Part shown: in pieces, positions 50,620 through 60,730 of the stretch
Position numbering within the stretch: the first letter of the stretch is position 1
How the letters are laid out: each line of letters starts with the position of its first letter
Assembly: GCA_963727775.1 (NCBI GenBank)
Contig: CAVSHB010000001.1
Span: 1,088,001-1,152,000, forward strand
Direction: 5' to 3'
DNA: 64,000 nucleotides
Source of the DNA: an uncultured Nitrospiraceae bacterium
Lineage (GTDB): Bacteria; Nitrospirota; Thermodesulfovibrionia; Thermodesulfovibrionales; SM23-35
Made by a program: the position numbers and the translations under genes
Notes under the pieces: model-generated
What the model was told of the DNA's origin: nothing
The model's input: the letters and a program-made list of their open reading frames with translations, nothing else
Databases searched by the model: none

Positions 50620-51983
50620 TTCGGTATATATAGTATAAACGTTGACCCTTTCCCGAGTTCACTCCTGACCTCTATTCTTCCGCCATGCGCCACGGCAAGT
50701 TCTTTCGCTATAGCAAGACCGAGGCCCAACCCTCCTTCAGAAGCCCTGTAAAACCTTTCAAACACAAATGGAATATCTTCTTTTTTGATGCCGGAACCTG
50801 TGTCCGTAACTTCGATAAAACCGTCACCGCCTTTGATGCCGGATTTTATAAGCACAGACCCATCTTTATCCGTGGCCTTAAGCGCATTACCAAGAAGGTT
50901 GATCAATATCTGGCTCAATTTATCGGGGTCTGCATGGAGTGTTAAAGTATCATCGCATTCGAGTCTCAATTTGACGCCTTTGTCAATAAATAATCTTTCA
51001 AATCTATCTTTTATGTTGTTCAAGAAAGGTTTAATGGGGAGCATTTGTTTGTTCATCTCAAGGATACTTGCCTGCGCCCGTGAAAGCTCCTCTATACCTT
51101 CAATAATTTTTTTAAGCCGTTGGGTCTCCTCATGCAGGGACGAAAGGCGGTCTTTGTCTACTGTTAGAAGCCCGTCGAGCATCCCCTCGATCTCGCCTTG
51201 CATTACGCTTAAGGGTGTCCTGAGCTCATGCGCGATATTTGATGTCAACTTTCTCCTCAGAGATTCCTGCGTCTCGATATTGTCCGCCATGTTATTGAAC
51301 GTCCTTGCAAGAGTGCTTATTTCATCATTCCCGGAGACAGAGACCCTGCTCTTAATGTTCCCTTCACTGATATCATTGGCGGCGGCGGTAAGTTTCTTTA
51401 TAGGGTCCGTCAGCTTCTTCGAAAAGACAAGACTAGTGACAAGGGACAATCCGCCCAAAACAAAAATCGTCAGGACGAGAAAGCTGTTCGACCTTCGCAT
51501 AAAGACTGATTCTCTACCCTCTGCTCCTTTCGGAGCTATCAGCCTTACTTCAAGGACACCTAACTCCTTCCCACCCAAAAACATCGGATAACCGATAAAA
51601 TTTTCACTCCCGCTTTGAAGTTCTTCAACGGAAAATCCGGTCAACGCCGCAATGCGCTTCTTCATGAGAGGAGGCATGGTCTCCATTGCCTTACGGGTGT
51701 CCATAAGCTCGTTCCCGTTGTTGTCCACTATCTTCACTTCATAACCGGTCAATAAGGCCCATATCGTATTTCTCTTTAATGCGTCATCATTCCACCCCGA
51801 ATTCTTTTCATATGACCCTTCAACGGCCGCCATGACGCGATAAATCTTGTCTTCTTTGTCGCCTTCAAGGTACTCATGAAAATCTTTAATTACCAGCCCG
51901 CGAAAGAACAGGGCCGCCGACAGGGAAATAAGAGAGATCAAACAAAGGAGGACCAGAAACTTAACCCAGAGACTTCTCATCAT
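50601..51983 (-). CDS. HAMP-domain sensor histidine kinase (BaeS-like)
   Basis: Two TMs, HAMP, IAHELRTPL, NLLGNA, DTGSGI, GLGLGL. Confidence 0.92.
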   Translation of the reverse strand: MMRSLWVKFLVLLCLISLISLSAALFFRGLVIKDFHEYLEGDKEDKIYRVMAAVEGSYEKNSGWNDDALKRNTIWALLTGYEVKIVDNNGNELMDTRKAMETMPPLMKKRIAALTGFSVEELQSGSENFIGYPMFLGGKELGVLEVRLIAPKGAEGRESVFMRRSNSFLVLTIFVLGGLSLVTSLVFSKKLTDPIKKLTAAANDISEGNIKSRVSVSGNDEISTLARTFNNMADNIETQESLRRKLTSNIAHELRTPLSVMQGEIEGMLDGLLTVDKDRLSSLHEETQRLKKIIEGIEELSRAQASILEMNKQMLPIKPFLNNIKDRFERLFIDKGVKLRLECDDTLTLHADPDKLSQILINLLGNALKATDKDGSVLIKSGIKGGDGFIEVTDTGSGIKKEDIPFVFERFYRASEGGLGLGLAIAKELAVAHGGRIEVRSELGKGSTFILYIPNFTISS

Positions 51984-52677
51984 CCTGAGCGCCGGCAAAT
52001 TTATACCCTACGCCGTAGACCGTTACAACAAATAACGGGGACCTTGGGTCGTCTTCTATCTTTTGCCTTATATTTTTTATGTGGGCGTCGATGCTTCTTT
52101 CATATCCTTCAAACTGGTATCCGAGCGCGTTCTCTACAAGCTCTCCGCGTGTAAAAACTCTCCCGGTAGCGCCCGCAAGAACAGAAAGAATCTTAAACTC
52201 TGTCGGGGTCAGTGTTACTACCCGACCATTCTTTTTCACCTCATAGTTCCCGGCGTCGACTGTCAGGAGACCTTTATTAAAGCTTATATGTCCCGCAGCG
52301 GACAGCTCTTTGTTCCGTGACCTTTTCATCACAGCCTTCACCCTTGCAACCAGTTCCCTCGGGCTAAAAGGTTTTACGACATAGTCATCAGCTCCCAGCC
52401 CGAACCCTGCCACCCTTTCTTCCTCGGAAGATTTTGCAGTCAGCATGATTATCGGGAAATCGCCGATCTCTTTCATTTCATGGCATACTTCTTCTCCGCT
52501 CATGTCAGGCAGCATTAGATCGAGAATTACCAGGGAAGGCGGCTCTTTCAATGCAGAGGCTATGGCGTCTTTCCCTTTTTCCGCGGTGAATACCCTGTAC
52601 CCCTCACCCTCGAGGTAAACCTTAACTACCCTGGCTATCTTCCTGTCATCTTCAACAACAAGGATCTGATTCAACAT
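51961..52677 (-). CDS. OmpR-family response regulator
   Basis: VVEDD, LDLMLP, GADDYVVKPF, LTPTEF, RSIDAHIKNIRQK, TVYGVGYKF. Confidence 0.94.
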   Translation of the reverse strand: MLNQILVVEDDRKIARVVKVYLEGEGYRVFTAEKGKDAIASALKEPPSLVILDLMLPDMSGEEVCHEMKEIGDFPIIMLTAKSSEEERVAGFGLGADDYVVKPFSPRELVARVKAVMKRSRNKELSAAGHISFNKGLLTVDAGNYEVKKNGRVVTLTPTEFKILSVLAGATGRVFTRGELVENALGYQFEGYERSIDAHIKNIRQKIEDDPRSPLFVVTVYGVGYKFAGAQDDEKSLG

Positions 52678-52761
52678 ATTTATAAATATAACATAAGACG
52701 ACGACAATGAATAATTTGCGGTCGATTTGCGGTCGATTGAAGAGTATTGACATATAAACGG

Positions 52762-55416
52762 CTAATCTCCCCTTTGCCGCCATTTCACCGCCTCGACTGC
52801 GAAGAACACGATTGAGGACAATCCCAGCGCAATGAACAATTCATTACCGCTCAGCGACTCGGTTTTAAAGATTGGATTGAGTGAAGGTACATATATCGTT
52901 GCCATCTGGAAAATAAAACTTACAGCTAATGCCCCTAAGAGCGGCTTGTTCGACAGTGCCCCTATTTTGAATAATGATTCTTTGTCAGACCTGACCGCAA
53001 GGGCATTTCCAAGCTGCGACAGGCAAAGAACTGTAAATACCATCGTCTGCCAGTGACTGCCGTAAACATGAATAGACAACGCTTGAGTGAAAATAGCAAT
53101 GCCGGCCATAAGCAACCCTACCCATAAAGAATAAAAACCGAGGCCATGAGCGAATATGCTCTCCTTAGGATGTCTCGGAGGTCTTTGCATCACATCGCTC
53201 TCCTGCGGTTCAGCAGAAAGGGCAAGCGCGGGAAGTCCGTCAGTCATAAGGTTTATCCAGAGTATATGAACCGGCAGGAGCGGCAGCGGCAATCCGGCCA
53301 ATGGAGCAAGAAAAAGGGTCCAGACTTCTCCTGAATTGGATGATAAGAGATATTTGATAATCTTCCGGATATTGCTGTATATTTTTCTTCCCTCCCCTAT
53401 CGCTTTAACTATCGTGTAAAAATTATCGTCAAGAAGAACCATGTGCGCCGCCTCTTTTGCAACATCGGTTCCCGTTATGCCCATGGCAATGCCTATGTCC
53501 GACTTTTTTAATGCGGGGGCATCATTCACACCGTCTCCTGTCATAGCAACAAATTGCCCCTTATCCTGCAGGGCTTTGATTATCTTCAATTTCTGCTCGG
53601 GGGCCACCCGCGCATAGACTCTTATATATTCAACCCTTTCTTCAAATTCATCGGCAGATATTTCATTAAGGTCCCTGCCTGTGATTATCGACTCCGGGTC
53701 GTCCCCGGTTATGCCGAGTCTTTTAGCTATCGTACTTGCTGTAACAGGATGGTCACCGGTGATCATGACCGGTTTAATCCCGGCGGTCTTGCAAATCTCA
53801 ACAGCCGTTGCAGCTTCTTCTCGCGGCGGGTCTATCATACCGACGAGACCCAGGATAATAAGACCTGTTTCCACACTTCCGGATGATATTTCTTCAGGCA
53901 GCTCATCCCATTGCCTCATCGCAAAACATATGACCCTCAGTCCGTCGACAGCCATTTTGTCATTGACACTGAGGATTTCTCCTGCATTGATCTCCTTTAT
54001 GCCGCCGGATGTCAGCATCCTGTCGGCTTTTTCCAATATGGATTCTACTGCGCCTTTTGTGAAAGAAATGAATTGAAAGGGTTCACGTTTGAATGGGGCC
54101 TCATGTATCGTCGTCATGCATTTCCTTTGTGAATCAAAGGGGATCTCTGCAATCCTCGAAAATTCCTTTATAAGGAATTCCCTGCTAAAACCGGCATCCC
54201 GGACTATCGTATAAAGGGCCACTTCCGTCGGATCACCAATCACTTTACCGTCTTTATCGGCGGCGATATCGTTGCTGAGTGCCAAAGCTGTCATCAGCAA
54301 ATGGAATGGAGCCTGAGGCGCAGAATTATAAGTTCCTTCATTTCCGCGCTCCATGCTCCGCGCTGTGCTTATTTTTCCCAGGTGCCCGTCTGCATAAATC
54401 TCTTCAACAGTCATCCGGTTTTGTGTGAGCGTGCCTGTTTTGTCGGTGCAGATATATGTGACAGAGCCGAGGGTCTCAACAGCCGGAAGTTTTCTTATTA
54501 AAGCATTCTCCTTCACCATTTTTTTGGCTCCCAGCGCAAGAGAAATCGTCACAACCGCAGGGAGGGCCTCGGGTATCGCCGCAACAGCGAGGGAAAGCGC
54601 AGTCAGCAACATAAGGAGAGGCTGCTCTCCTCTAATAATGCCGACGCCAAAGATTACGCCGCAGATAATAATAATTGCAATGGAAAGTTTTTTTCCGAAT
54701 GCGGCAAGTCTTTTTTGCAGCGGTGTTTTTACTGTTTTTGCTTCCTGAAGCATCGTTGCGATCCTGCCGAGTTCGGTCTTCATACCGGTGGAAACGACAA
54801 TACCTTTGCCTCTGCCATAGGACACGATTGTACCCTTGAATACCATATTTCTCCTGTCGCCTATAGGGACGGTATCATCATGGAGAACTTCCGTATTCTT
54901 TTCGACAGAGAACGATTCCCCCGTCAATGCAGCTTCTTCGGTCCTTAGTTGCGCGGTTTCAAACAACCGCATGTCTGAAGGCACAATCCGGCCCGCCTCC
55001 AGTATCACAATATCGCCGGGAACAAGCTCAACGGCAGCCATAATTTTTGTCATACCATCTCTGACTACTGTCGCCGAAGGTGCGGCCATCTTCTTTAGAG
55101 CAGCCACTGCCTTTTCCGCCCTGTATTCCTGAACAAAGCCGATGACTGCATTCAGTATGACAATAACAATGATTGCAATCGTATCGGACAGCTCGCCCAC
55201 AATCCCAGATATTACCGCAGCGACAACAAGGACCAGTATCATGAAGTCCTTAAACTGGGCGAAAAATATTGAGGAAGGGTGTTTTCTCTTCTTTTCTTTC
55301 AGAATATTCGGACCGTATTCCCGCAGCCTTTTTTCAGACTCGTTTTCGGTCAGTCCGATAGGAGAAGAATCCAGCTCCTTAAAAATATCTTCTATGTCTT
55401 TTTGATGCCAGTTCAT
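52762..55416 (-). CDS. P-type IIA (Ca2+-type) cation-transporting ATPase
   Basis: TGES, AIPEALP, DKTGTLT, MITGD, TGDGVND, LWINLMTD. Confidence 0.93.
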   Translation of the reverse strand: MNWHQKDIEDIFKELDSSPIGLTENESEKRLREYGPNILKEKKRKHPSSIFFAQFKDFMILVLVVAAVISGIVGELSDTIAIIVIVILNAVIGFVQEYRAEKAVAALKKMAAPSATVVRDGMTKIMAAVELVPGDIVILEAGRIVPSDMRLFETAQLRTEEAALTGESFSVEKNTEVLHDDTVPIGDRRNMVFKGTIVSYGRGKGIVVSTGMKTELGRIATMLQEAKTVKTPLQKRLAAFGKKLSIAIIIICGVIFGVGIIRGEQPLLMLLTALSLAVAAIPEALPAVVTISLALGAKKMVKENALIRKLPAVETLGSVTYICTDKTGTLTQNRMTVEEIYADGHLGKISTARSMERGNEGTYNSAPQAPFHLLMTALALSNDIAADKDGKVIGDPTEVALYTIVRDAGFSREFLIKEFSRIAEIPFDSQRKCMTTIHEAPFKREPFQFISFTKGAVESILEKADRMLTSGGIKEINAGEILSVNDKMAVDGLRVICFAMRQWDELPEEISSGSVETGLIILGLVGMIDPPREEAATAVEICKTAGIKPVMITGDHPVTASTIAKRLGITGDDPESIITGRDLNEISADEFEERVEYIRVYARVAPEQKLKIIKALQDKGQFVAMTGDGVNDAPALKKSDIGIAMGITGTDVAKEAAHMVLLDDNFYTIVKAIGEGRKIYSNIRKIIKYLLSSNSGEVWTLFLAPLAGLPLPLLPVHILWINLMTDGLPALALSAEPQESDVMQRPPRHPKESIFAHGLGFYSLWVGLLMAGIAIFTQALSIHVYGSHWQTMVFTVLCLSQLGNALAVRSDKESLFKIGALSNKPLLGALAVSFIFQMATIYVPSLNPIFKTESLSGNELFIALGLSSIVFFAVEAVKWRQRGD

Positions 55417-55608
55417 TTTTTATTTCAGGTTACTTCTAACGATATCAGAGGAAGAACTCTGAATCAATCATTAATGAAATTATTGATTGTCTCACAATAG
55501 CAAAGATACAATTCATATGGTTGTCATTATACTGCTATGGTATGCTGCAATGAAAAAGTTGACTTTTCTGAGGGATGTAGTAGAATAAGTCTTATTAAGG
55601 AGGACAGC

Positions 55609-55734
55609 ATGAGCAAAGAAACCAACAAGCAAAAACCAAATGCAAAGAAAAAACCACAGCACACCCTGAAGGAAAAAAGACAAGCAAAAAAAGAAAAGAC
55701 TGAAGGTAAGCCGTTCCAAATAATGCCGAGTTAA
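55609..55734 (+). CDS. Small lysine-rich protein (41 aa)
   Basis: Strong AAGGAGG RBS; MSKETNKQKPNAKKKPQHTLKEKRQAKKEK...; followed by a hairpin. Confidence 0.6.
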   Translation: MSKETNKQKPNAKKKPQHTLKEKRQAKKEKTEGKPFQIMPS

Positions 55735-55742
55735 ACTTATAA

Positions 55743-55787
55743 TGGGCAGGGCTATCCCGGTACCCATGACCTGCCCGTTTTTATTTT
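55743..55787 (+). terminator. Putative intrinsic terminator
   Basis: GGGCAGG...CCTGCCC stem followed by GTTTTTATTTT. Confidence 0.5.
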
Positions 55788-55808
55788 ACCTTTCGAAAGT
55801 TTTAACTT

Positions 55809-57503
55809 CTATCTTATCTCAGGGATTGTAAAATAAAACGTCGAGCCTTTCCCAGGCTCTGACTCCACCCAGATGCGACCACCATGACGTTCCACAATCT
55901 TCTTGCAGATCGCAAGTCCTATGCCTGTGCCGGAATACTTTTCCCTTGTGTGCAAACGCTGGAAGATAACAAAAATACGATCAGCTTGTTTTGGATCGAT
56001 TCCTATACCGGTGTCCCGGATTAAAAAAATCCATTCATCTTCCTCTCGATGGGCTGAGATGTAAATTTTTAGTGGCTCCTGGTTTCGGAACTTGAGGGCA
56101 TTCCCGATTAAGTTCTGGAACAATCTGCTCAATTGTGCCTCCTCACCTATTACAGTCGGCAGGAGGTCGTATGTTACTTCAGCACCGCTTTCCTCAATAG
56201 CTGAACGAAGATTGTAAATAGCTTGTTCCAAGGCTACCGAGCAATTTACAGGACTGAAAGCTATGCCTTGTGCACTTACCTGTGAATATTCCAGCAAATC
56301 TTTAATGAGCATCTGCATTCTACCGGCACCATCAATGATATAATCGATAAACTCATCAGCCCTTTCATCAAACTTGCCTTTGTAACGCTTTTCCAAAAGC
56401 TTTGTGAAGCTTGCGATTCCACGTAAAGGCTCCTGCAGATCATGTGAAGCTACATAGGCGAACTGCTGCAAGTCTTCATTGGAACGTCTCAGTTCATCCG
56501 ACATCTTTTTCAATTCCTCAGTGCGCTTTTCTACTATTACTTCAAGGTGCTCACGGTATTTCTTCAATTCTTCATCAGTACGTTTGTGCTCAGCTCGTAC
56601 GCGGATACTCGAAATACAATAGGCAATATCATCTGCCATTTCCTTCAGCAGGGTGACTTCCTGCGTATCGAAGGCATCCGGTTCTACGGCATACATCATT
56701 ATTGTTCCAAGGGTTTGATCTTCAGCAATCAGGGGAATGGCTATGGACGAAGCATAGCCGCGTTTTAACGCTTCAACTCTCCACGGAACAAAATTTGGAT
56801 CAGTAGAAATATTTCTTGCTATGCAAGTCCTTCCCGTCCGAATAGCCGTACCCGTTGGGCCGCGACCCAGCTCACTGTCGGCCCAAGTGATGTTCAAAGA
56901 CTCAAGGTATCCTTCCTCGTACCCAGCTTGTGCTACAGGATGAACTATTTTTTCTGCCCCATGTTCGGCGAAACCCACCCATGCCATACGGTAACCACCG
57001 ACTTCTACAATTGTGCGACAAATGTCTCGTAAAAAATCAATCTCCACCGTAGCATGTACTATGATCTGGTTGCATTCGTAAAGCATTCTTAACGCACGGT
57101 TAGCCCTATTTATTTCTGCGGTCCGCTCCTGAACCCGCATTTCCAACTCATCGCGGGATTTGCGGAAAGCTCCTTCTAACTGCTTGCGTTCCGTGATATC
57201 CCTACCATAGATACGCAAGTGTCCTTTATTAGAAACGTAATAAATAGTCTGCTCATACCATAAATCATCGACCTCAACATCACGGACATGAGATTTTTTC
57301 TCTGTGAGTTCAAACTCACTAAATATAGAATCTAATCCTTTTAACCAGGGGTGGGTTGGTCCCTTCAACTCAATATCAGTGAACAACTTTTTTGTGGCCG
57401 CATTTGCATAGTAGACAATACCTTCCGCATCTACCTCAACAATAGGATTCGGATTAAGTTCGGGAAAAGAGGCGAGTTCATCGATGGGTATATTTGACTT
57501 CAA
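55809..57503 (-). CDS. PAS/GAF sensor histidine kinase
   Basis: FPELNPNP PAS, GAF, FAYVASHDLQEPLR, QNLIGNALKF, GTGIGLAIC. Confidence 0.92.
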   Translation of the reverse strand: MKSNIPIDELASFPELNPNPIVEVDAEGIVYYANAATKKLFTDIELKGPTHPWLKGLDSIFSEFELTEKKSHVRDVEVDDLWYEQTIYYVSNKGHLRIYGRDITERKQLEGAFRKSRDELEMRVQERTAEINRANRALRMLYECNQIIVHATVEIDFLRDICRTIVEVGGYRMAWVGFAEHGAEKIVHPVAQAGYEEGYLESLNITWADSELGRGPTGTAIRTGRTCIARNISTDPNFVPWRVEALKRGYASSIAIPLIAEDQTLGTIMMYAVEPDAFDTQEVTLLKEMADDIAYCISSIRVRAEHKRTDEELKKYREHLEVIVEKRTEELKKMSDELRRSNEDLQQFAYVASHDLQEPLRGIASFTKLLEKRYKGKFDERADEFIDYIIDGAGRMQMLIKDLLEYSQVSAQGIAFSPVNCSVALEQAIYNLRSAIEESGAEVTYDLLPTVIGEEAQLSRLFQNLIGNALKFRNQEPLKIYISAHREEDEWIFLIRDTGIGIDPKQADRIFVIFQRLHTREKYSGTGIGLAICKKIVERHGGRIWVESEPGKGSTFYFTIPEIR

Positions 57504-57683
57504 TTTTTCCTCTGTTTTTTACCTGTCTTGTTTCTCTCGTGTTTTCGGCGCCTTCAATTTGTGCTGTCTATCCCTGTTTTTTTATCGTGCAAAGAGAAAA
57601 CTGCAAAGGGTATCTAAGGGTAGCTTTTTTTTTCTTCGTAGCGGTCATCCGGATACCGAAACCGCGTAAATCCTTGACAATGC

Positions 57684-57770
57684 TGGTACCGAAGGCCGGA
57701 CTTGAACCGGCACATGGTTGCCCACGAGGGATTTTAAGTCCCTTGCGTCTACCAATTCCGCCACTTCGGC
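57684..57770 (-). tRNA. tRNA-Leu(TAA)
   Basis: GCCGAAG-TG-GCGGAATTGGTAGACGC-A-AGGGA-CTTAAAA-TCCCT-long variable arm-GCCGG-TTCAAGT-CCGGC-CTTCGGT-A-CCA. Confidence 0.96.
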
Positions 57771-57777
57771 ACAGTTG

Positions 57778-57807
57778 ATATTAAAGGATTTTCAGGCATC
57801 CAGTCAA
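57778..57807 (-). promoter_or_regulatory. Sigma70-like promoter for tRNA-Leu
   Basis: TTGACT-N18-TAATAT ending 7 nt before the tRNA 5' end. Confidence 0.45.
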
Positions 57808-57814
57808 CCTTCAT

Positions 57815-58810
57815 TTAGCCAAATGTAGCAGAATTGTAGCAGGTATCGAGTACCTCAACACTTGATCTCAAACTTTCAGGATAGTGATGTGCATATCTCA
57901 TGGTCATGGTAATAGTTTTATGACCAAGCAACTCTTTAACCTTATACAAATCTACTCCATTCTGAACAAGCCTTGTTGCAAAAGTGTGTCTCAGATCATG
58001 AAATCGAAAATCCTCTAACTTTGCTTTCTCAGCGGTCTTATCAAACGCATGCCTTAAACTACTGCCGGAGATCGGAAAAACTCTACCAGAGATATCCCTG
58101 ACGGTCATACTCTTAAAAAGATTAACAAGAGTGTTAGACATAGGGATGCTTCTCTTTTCACCGTTCTTTGACTTTACAATTCTAATGAGTCTATTCAACA
58201 GGTCAACATTTTGCCATCTCAGATCAAGAATCTCACCTCTTCGCATACCAGTGTGCAAGGCAACCATTAGTAACGATCTTAACCAATCGGGATTTGTCGC
58301 TTTCTCTAACAGAAGTTTTTCTTCTTCTATTGTGAGCCATCTGTCTCTTGCATTCCTGTTACCAACCGAAAAAGATAATCTGCTTACCGGATTATCCTTG
58401 CACCATTCCCACTCTTTGATAGCAACATTGAACATTCTTCTTAGTAAAGCCAATTCCTGATAAACTGTAGCAGGCTTAACCGTTTTAAGACGCATACTCC
58501 GATACTCAGCAATAGCCTTGGTCTTGATTTGATAAATCACATAGCCTGAAAAGAAATTGAGAAGTGTTTTCACAGTTCGTGAATCTCTTGAGTGAGCATG
58601 TTCTTTAAGGTATTTATCTGTCATGTCCTGAAATTGAATAGTCTTTGCTTTTGCTGTCTCAAAGTATCTGCCTTCTACAATATCAGTAAGAACTTTTGCA
58701 TAGAGTTTTTCAGCAAGCTTTTTGTTATCAGTCTTGAAGGATTCCTGAATCCTATTACCCTGATACGATATTCTAAACCAGAAGAATTTACCTCTACGGT
58801 AAAGTCCCAT
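57815..58810 (-). CDS. Phage-type tyrosine integrase
   Basis: N-terminal arm-binding segment, TGMRRGE, KNG, FHDLRHTFA, LGH, YAH. Confidence 0.95.
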   Translation of the reverse strand: MGLYRRGKFFWFRISYQGNRIQESFKTDNKKLAEKLYAKVLTDIVEGRYFETAKAKTIQFQDMTDKYLKEHAHSRDSRTVKTLLNFFSGYVIYQIKTKAIAEYRSMRLKTVKPATVYQELALLRRMFNVAIKEWEWCKDNPVSRLSFSVGNRNARDRWLTIEEEKLLLEKATNPDWLRSLLMVALHTGMRRGEILDLRWQNVDLLNRLIRIVKSKNGEKRSIPMSNTLVNLFKSMTVRDISGRVFPISGSSLRHAFDKTAEKAKLEDFRFHDLRHTFATRLVQNGVDLYKVKELLGHKTITMTMRYAHHYPESLRSSVEVLDTCYNSATFG

Positions 58811-58815
58811 ATTTA

Positions 58816-59037
58816 CTAACCCCCTTTCCTGGGACTTCTGGCCTGGGTAAAAGGATTATAACTTGAGACAGCATCCTTTTTACAAGACTTTAGCCAGTTC
58901 ATGATATCCTCTATGTCAAACCTCAGACAGCCATTAAGCTTGATACACGGTATTTGCCCTAACTCCGCCCACTGATAAAGCGTACAAGGCTTCACGTTTA
59001 GAATTTCTGCTACTTCCTTGACTCCCGCAAGTTTCAC
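58816..59037 (-). CDS. Excisionase-like HTH protein
   Basis: VKEVAEILNV..TLYQW...IPCIKL...LRF pattern directly upstream of the integrase. Confidence 0.85.
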   Translation of the reverse strand: MKLAGVKEVAEILNVKPCTLYQWAELGQIPCIKLNGCLRFDIEDIMNWLKSCKKDAVSSYNPFTQARSPRKGG

Positions 59038-59136
59038 AGAATACCTCTTGAGAAGAATATCCCGGCTTTTACGAAGAAACTGTAAAAACCGGCTTCGCCA
59101 AATGCGCTGTAATCGATTTTCTTAGAGCGATCCATA

Positions 59137-60318
59137 CTAATCATTGCCTTCTAAAGGTTCTTCTTTTTCATCGGCAAGATTCAGCAAGTCCGATACCGGC
59201 AGTTGATAATATTTGTTTCCCTCACTCATATCGAGAGAAAAATCATCAGGGACACCTTTATCCAGAAAACCTATTGTCTCATTGCCTTCCTTCGCTATTA
59301 AGGAAATCTTAACTTCTCGAAATGCTTTTAACGCTCTGTAATATGACCTTCTTGGCATCTGCTGTTTAACCCACTTTTGTCCTTGAGTTATGATTAGTAG
59401 ATAGACGTGATGGAATGCCCGACTCTGCTTATCAGAGAATCTTCTCATAAGATGCTGTAATACAGCTTCTGACTCCATGATTTTTGTTTCTGTTCCACAG
59501 AGAATCTGTGATACAACGCGTTTCATTTCTTCCTCGAAATGAAATATTTTCATTAAGTCTTTCAGGCGGACATACCCGGCAAATTTCTCTAAAAGGACGG
59601 TGTTTTCTCTTTCGTACTCTTTAACCACATAGGCAATTCGCTTTCTATGTTCTACCTCCACCCTTAATATTTTCATTGCCTCTTCGTAGAGCATTTGCGC
59701 AGTGGTACCATCGGCAATGTTCTTCATGTCATGTTTCTTGAACTCTTCACCCTTGCAATAAACCTTTAAGGTGTTATGTCTCGAAGCGAAGAATAGCCCC
59801 GTATCTTCATAACTATTCTTAAACCTCCGTGGATAATTTAATCTTTGAAGATAGTTGATATAATTCCTGACTTGAACTTCATTTTCTAAAACGTAATTTG
59901 CACAGGTATCAATTCGGAAACAATACCACTCTGTGGGGCATGGCAAACTGACTCCATACATTGTTTCAAATGCTTCTTTGACCTTATGCGCTGACGCATA
60001 AATAAGGGAAGGGTGAACAGATACCATATTGTGACCGAAAAGAATTTTAGGTACTGAATATTCAAAGGATATATGGGGAATGCCAGAAGCTTTATATGGG
60101 TGCCTTCTTTCTCTGTCATAAGTCCAGTACTCCTCTGTGACCTTGAAGAGCACATTATAATTCCATGAGGCAGACCTAAAATCTACTCTTGCATTGTTAT
60201 ATTCAAAAAGTACATCACCTTCTTGCATATCTATTCTTGTGGTAAGAACCGCATTCTCTAACAAACGGGTATACGCTTCTCTGTCTATGATCACCTTGAA
60301 ACCTACTGTATCGATCAT
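59137..60318 (-). CDS. Phage/plasmid replication initiator, gene II/X (CRI/Rep_trans-like) family
   Basis: MIDTV, SVPKILFGHN, RIDTCANY, TLKVYCKGEEF, ILRVEVE, RRSYYR. Confidence 0.8.
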   Translation of the reverse strand: MIDTVGFKVIIDREAYTRLLENAVLTTRIDMQEGDVLFEYNNARVDFRSASWNYNVLFKVTEEYWTYDRERRHPYKASGIPHISFEYSVPKILFGHNMVSVHPSLIYASAHKVKEAFETMYGVSLPCPTEWYCFRIDTCANYVLENEVQVRNYINYLQRLNYPRRFKNSYEDTGLFFASRHNTLKVYCKGEEFKKHDMKNIADGTTAQMLYEEAMKILRVEVEHRKRIAYVVKEYERENTVLLEKFAGYVRLKDLMKIFHFEEEMKRVVSQILCGTETKIMESEAVLQHLMRRFSDKQSRAFHHVYLLIITQGQKWVKQQMPRRSYYRALKAFREVKISLIAKEGNETIGFLDKGVPDDFSLDMSEGNKYYQLPVSDLLNLADEKEEPLEGND

Positions 60319-60340
60319 AGAGTGTCACCCATGGCAGTTT

Positions 60341-60367
60341 CGTCCGGTGTTACTATACTACCGGACG
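60341..60367. other. Candidate double-strand origin hairpin
   Basis: CGTCCGGT-GTTACTATACT-ACCGGACG, a perfect 8-bp stem 22 nt upstream of rep. Confidence 0.55.
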
Positions 60368-60730
60368 TTCTATAACCAGCAATTACGCTTATACCGACAC
60401 AAGGGCAAACGCAAACCTTTCGGTTCTTGCGTTTGCCCTTGTAGTGCGTATCCAATCGTATTGCCGACGTGGCTTCCAACTGTTCAGCGATCCGCGAAAC
60501 AATTATGCGTCCTGTTGGTTTCGCAGCATCCACGATGAGCGTCTGAGGGTCATCTATCCACCGACGGGGACGACCGGGTTTTGCCTCTAAGTGAAGGTGA
60601 TCTATTCCCCTGCTATGACTTAGACTTGATTGGTGTTTCTTTTTGCTGTCCATAATAAATGATTTTAGACAACGGATAGGGCAGGACATAAGGACATGAA
60701 AAAAGATTTTGATGTCCCTATTTCAGAGGA

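Noticed and set aside
57655..57683. IHF-like TGTCAAGGATTTA just 3' of tRNA-Leu suggesting a second island to the left
   Set aside because: No duplicated tRNA-Leu(TAA) 3' fragment or integrase was found on that side; the 2873-2923 fragment is a different isoacceptor on the opposite strand.
60315..60689. 124-aa ORF upstream of rep
   Set aside because: No motif, and it runs across the origin-like hairpin; may be spurious, so not listed as a CDS.
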